Shown here piece by piece: positions 59,318 through 64,000 of a stretch of DNA of 64,000 bases. Source of the stretch: an uncultured Pseudomonadota bacterium (GTDB taxonomy: Bacteria; Vulcanimicrobiota; Vulcanimicrobiia; Eremiobacterales; Eremiobacteraceae). The position numbers and the translations under genes are program-made. The stretch is taken from assembly GCA_963736005.1 (NCBI GenBank), contig CAVTNB010000001.1, positions 1-64,000 on the forward strand, in the 5' to 3' direction. The notes beneath the pieces are model-generated. The model made no database searches, was not told the DNA's origin, and saw only the letters and a program-made list of their open reading frames with translations. Within the stretch, counting starts at the first letter, position 1; every line of letters starts with the position of its first letter.

Positions 59318-62300
59318 CTACAGACTAATCTTCGCCGTGAAGACCGCCTGCAGGGGCGATAGGAGCGGGTTTGGTTGGTACGGGAACTCGACCATTGGCT
59401 GGAACGTCGAGCCCGGATTGTAGATGTTCGCACCGTATTTCAGCGGTGCGCCGTAGCCTGGTAGATTGTAACCGCCTGAGCCAGTGGCTGAACCTCCACC
59501 CGCGCAACTCTTCGGCGCGCCAACTGTCCATGGTTCGGCGCTTCCGCCGAAGCAGGTATTGACAATGTTGGCCACATTCATCGCAAATGAGATGCGCGAC
59601 GAGGCTTGGTACGAGAGCTGGGCATGTAATAGTAGTTGGTTGGGCTGATGGAATGCACCGATACTGTCGAAGACGTGCGTGTAGGGATCGGGTATCGCAA
59701 CGGTACCTGTGCACTGGGTCGCATCGAAGGGCGTGCCCGTGCCACCGTATGGATAGCGCGGATCGCCGCTCACCGATGATGTAAGACCTGCCGGACAATC
59801 GGCGGGGTTGACGCCGTAGCCGCTCAGTGGGTCGCCGTAGTTGCCTCCCGACAGGAATTGCAACTGCGGCGAGATGGCCCATCTGTTGACCTTGTAGTTG
59901 AGCACGAGCGCGATTGTGTTCGGCACTTCGTACCCGTTTGCGGCGGCTTCAATGCCGCCTGGAATTGTGGCGAACGGGACGTAGCTTGCGCTCGGATCGA
60001 GTCGCGCTTGCACCGGTGCATTGAAATACGGGTTCGCCACGCCAGACGCTTCTGTCGCGATGGCGTTGGTTCCACCGAACGTTCCGCACAAGCTCGTCGT
60101 GCTCGAGTTGGCTGCGACACCTTGGCAGGCTTTTGTGAACGAGTTGTACTGCTGGATCGCGATATTGATCGTGTCGAGCACCGTACCACCCGTGCCAAGA
60201 GGTTTGAACTTGATGGTGCTGTGGTTGTACGTGTAGGCGAGCAACGCGGACAAGCCGTTTTGATTGAAGTTCCCCAAGTTGAGCTGGAACTCCACGCCGT
60301 CGGACGTCTGCTGACCAACGTTGAGGCCTGACACGAAGTTCGTCTTTTGGTTGAGGTAGAAGTTCTGGATCTGGTTCTGGGTGGTCCGGTAGTACGGCGT
60401 CAGCTTAAAGCTGGCTTGCGTCCCCTGGAACTGGTGTTCCCATGACAGATCGTAGTTGTCCGACGTCGGCGGGTAGATCGTATGCGTCGTCGTCGTGAAG
60501 CCGATCGGCCAGAAGTTGTTGGCCAGATAGGCGGGCAGGTCTTGTTGTAGCAAATTGTACTGTTCGAACGCGGTGTTGGGTGCCTGATCGTACCGGCCGG
60601 CGCTAAAGCGGAACACGTTGTCTTGGTTCGCCGTGAACGTCGCGCCGAGACGCGGCTGGAAAACCCAGAACCTCTCCGTGTCGTTCGGCAGGTTCGTCAT
60701 GGTCGCAGGCGTCGATTGAACTCCGTTGACCAGCGGACATGCTTGACCCACTCCGGCGTCGTTTGCGCTATTGTAGAACGGCACTTGACCGCCGCCAGGC
60801 AATACGCAATACGAGTTGTTCCATGCGTTGAACCAGAACGGGCGGGCGAGCGTCGCTGGAGACCCCGCAACCGCGTTCGTATCTGATAGTCCGTAGAAGA
60901 ACCTATCGTACCGAAGGCCGAGGTTGATAAACCATTGGCTGCTCGGTTTGATCTGGTCAGTCACAACGAACGATCCGAAGTTCGGCTGCGCGGAGTTGCC
61001 GCCACCGTAGCGGCCGTTCTCCGCTACCCACCACTCGCACGGTCCCGACCCGCATGACGCGGGAAGCGCAGGCAGTGGGGCGCCAGCGTGTGCCGCTGCC
61101 AAACCGAGCGCCAACGCGTTTGCCGAGTAGCAGCTTACCGCTGCGCCTGCAGCATTGTAGCAGATACCAGCACTTGGATTCTTCGCATTCACCGCGTATG
61201 CAAATGAATCGGCTCCGGTGTTCGGGTTGAGTCCGACCAGCTCGTTGATCATTGTCTCGTCGTTCGCACGATAGTCGATCGCGGCGAAGTCGGAGAGCTG
61301 GACGGTCAAGAGGTTCTTGTCGTTCAGCTGATCGCCGTATTGCATGCTGCCGCCGTTCGTGTTCGTCTTCACGTAATAGTTGAACGGGCAGTAGCCGATG
61401 AAGTTTGACGCCAGTGTGATGGGGCACGTCTGAGGCCATTCCGAGTAGTTTGAGAAGCCATAGATCGCGGAAGTACGCTTGGGAGCCGAAGTTGTGTTGA
61501 TACTGCAGTTTGAGAATGTTGTTTGGGTTGGCTGTTCCATCACGCTGGTTAAAGGGGATGGTCAACAAGCCGGTGCCGATGCTATTCGGGTTATACGCGA
61601 AGTAGACCGGTTCGTCATTTGCCTGTAGTCTGCCACAAGTGGTTCGCCCACAGAGCCAAGGTACTGAAAGCCTAACCCAAGACTGCCCGAAAGATAGGGA
61701 AACGCCGGCGCTCCGAATGCCGCCTGATAAGCCGGATTCGAGAATCCCCAGTCTGAGGACGAGCTATAGTAGAATTGGTTGAGATACGAAGTGTCGTAGA
61801 GCAACTGGATGTCGTCTTTGCCCGCGTCATTTCTGTGCGGGATGCCAAAGTGCAAGTTGATGACGTTCTCTCGGTCGTAGGAACTTGCCACGGTGTTCGC
61901 GTCGCCGCTATCCTGCGGAGGACCTAGCAGGTATCCACCAGGACCGATACCCGTCGCATAGCACGACGCGAAGTTCTGTTGCACAGCCAACGAAGCGGTC
62001 GCGCAACCTCCGGCCGGCGTGAGTTTTGCGAACGGTGCACCCCACTCGGATTGAAGGCTCGCGCCGTTGTTCTGATCAACAAACCTGAAGCCTTGGGCAG
62101 TATTTGTGCTCGCAACGTAATACGAGAAGTTGCGGTCAGGCGTCGCCCCGCCTACCTCGAAATTGTAGCCGTTATACAGGGTCGGCGTGCCGATGCCCAT
62201 GCTGAGCGTCGAGAATCCGGGATACGTTCCAGACTTAATGACCTGGTTGATATATCCCGATAGACCTTGGCCTTGCGCGTCTGCAGGCGCGGCCCCCGTA

Positions 62301-62974
62301 TAGACCTGGAGCTCCTGCTGGCCAAGCGTGTTGGCCGTGGTAGTCGGATAGTTGTCATACGAACGCAGCACAGGAACACCATCAAACTCGTAGCCGACTT
62401 GGTCGTAGTCTCCGCCTCGGATGTGGATGGTTTGGAACCATCCGTTCTGACCCGGAGAGACCGAGACGCCGGGCGTAGCCGCCAGCGCGGAATACGCTTG
62501 GTTGAGGCTTCCGCCGCCACCGAGCGAGGCGATTTTGGCTGAGGTCGCCGAGTTCACCGAGTACACGTCGGCGGTCGTGCCAGGCTTGACGAGCTCGCCC
62601 GCGGCCCGGGTGGTCACCACGCCAAGAGTCTTCACACTCGTTTGCATCGTGATGGTGACCGTTCGGGTGTTGTCCGCGAGGACCGTGATCCCAGCCTGGC
62701 TGACGGATTCGTAGCCATCTTTGGTCGCGGTTAACGTGTATGTGTCTGGGACTAGCGAGACAAACGCGAAGTGACCGCGTGCATCCGTGTCTGACGTAGC
62801 AGTTTGTGAGGTCGCGGAAGCGGTGACTTTGGCGCCCGCGACTGGCGCGCCTGATTGAACGACCACATAGCCGGTCAGCGCACCGGTCGTTCCTGCGAGT
62901 GTCCCTGTTGCCTGCGCAGAAATGACCAGCAGCGCGATGAGCGCCATGCGGAGGATCATTCTGTTCATTGACAT
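59318..62974 (-). CDS. TonB-dependent receptor (paralog of 41814-45272); frameshifts near 61600 and 61465
   Basis: AGGAGG RBS; GTTGALTG; IRGGDYDQVGYEFDGVPV; LKLQYQHN segment lies in the intermediate frame; QPRLGATF. Confidence 0.85.
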
Positions 62975-63139
62975 CCTCCTTAGGAAGTTTCATTGTGAGA
63001 AGAACCCAGTCAGCCGCCAGGGTTTCGTCCTCGCTGGTGATTGGGTCTCACTTGTAAGGGTAGCAAAAGATAGGAGACTGGTCGCGCACGTTCGGCTGTA
63101 AACGAGGATAGGATGACGATTGCGGCTATCGGTGTATAC

Positions 63140-63174
63140 AAAAAAACCGACCTGAGCTTTCTGCCCAGGTCAGC
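63140..63174 (-). terminator. Intrinsic terminator of the AraC gene
   Basis: Minus strand: GCTGACCTGGGC-AGAAA-GCTCAGGTCGGT followed by a T run. Confidence 0.75.
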
Positions 63175-63201
63175 GTGGTGTCAAGCCTATCAAGTACTGG
63201 A

Positions 63202-64000
63202 TTAGCTCGCGTTTCTCTTCACTTCCGCCGGTGTCAAGCCAATAACGCGCCGCATGCAACGCGCCATATGACTTTGATCTGCGAATCCCGATTTTAACGC
63301 TACTTCGCTAGTCTTTACTCCGCGGTTCGAAAGCAGTTCTACGGCGCGTTCAACGCGACACTTGATGACGTACTTGTGCACGGGCAAACCAATACTCTGC
63401 TTAAACAGCACCCTGAAGTGAGAAGGGCTGATGCCGGTGATCGACGCGATTTGTAAAGCGAAAGATCCTTTACAAGGTGTTCGAGTATATAATCCCTTAC
63501 GCTTTGCAATTGCTTATGCGTCAATCCGCGCTTGACGCCGTTTGACCGTCCTCGTCCGTATCTTCTCAGCAGGTGGACGGCCAACGCCAATCCCAACCCC
63601 TCTGCGTATATTCGATCGTGCGCGTCCTGTTCTTCAAGTTCTGCTTTTATCGCGAGAGCAATATGCTCGATCTTTTCGTCTCGCAACTGCATTTGGGGTG
63701 GCAAAGTAAAACAATCGAAGTTCAAATGCATTTCATCGGCAGCCAACCGCATGAGCGATGGCGTCAAGCTGATTCCTACGTATCGGGTCGGCCCGTCATC
63801 TTCCCAAGCGGGAAGGAACTCAGCCATAGGCACGATGTGTATGTCGCCTGAAACTTGAAGCCGGCGATGGGTCAGGCCATCATGAGACCAGGTGGTCATT
63901 ACAGGTGCACCGATGTGCATTCCCACGTTGTACCGTGGCGCCGCGGAGTGTTGTATCGGCCGCCGCCGTATCGATTAAGTCAGCGTCGAGACCAGACCAA
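63202..64000 (-). CDS. AraC-family transcriptional regulator; 5' end outside window; frameshifted near 63455 and probably near 63950
   Basis: LAVHLLRRY...GLTHKQLQSVRDYI, then HFRVLFKQSIG...VALKSGFADQSHM in the next frame. Confidence 0.85.

Overview
Bacterial DNA, diderm and GC-rich. The gene set (SigH-type sigma, large TonB-dependent receptors with N-terminal carboxypeptidase-like domains, HpnJ, lipoprotein peptide-binding proteins) suggests Candidatus Eremiobacterota/Vulcanimicrobiota; this is an inference. The first ~20 kb is accessory. A 46-bp copy of the 3' half of tRNA-Val(GAC) at 2601-2646 and the intact tRNA at 19912-19986 delimit a ~17.3 kb island in which I see no integrase. The island carries an AtxE2-like S9 (lasso-isopeptidase-type) peptidase, a Zn-finger/TPR/LuxR regulator, a TonB-dependent receptor, a tRNA-Pro-like att-type site, rpoZ, sigH, many micro-ORFs and gene fragments. 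The rest is core-like: tRNA-Val(CAC), ferritin-like protein, S1/P1 nuclease, sugar catabolism genes, an RND pump, two more TonB-dependent receptors, cfa, hpnJ, CapA, cpo and DyP, interspersed with GTAG-type REP elements. Two highlights stand out. (i) A minus-strand cluster at 48251-55014 joins a ba3-type oxidase, a soluble CuA protein, a Cyc2-like cytochrome-porin fusion and a sensorless two-component system; it is a candidate extracellular electron-uptake/Fe(II)-oxidation module. (ii) A secreted peroxiredoxin has an in-frame UGA at the peroxidatic Cys position and a SECIS-like hairpin, so it is probably a selenoprotein. Many single-base frameshifts are probably sequencing errors. All calls are from motif recognition by eye; no database searches were run.
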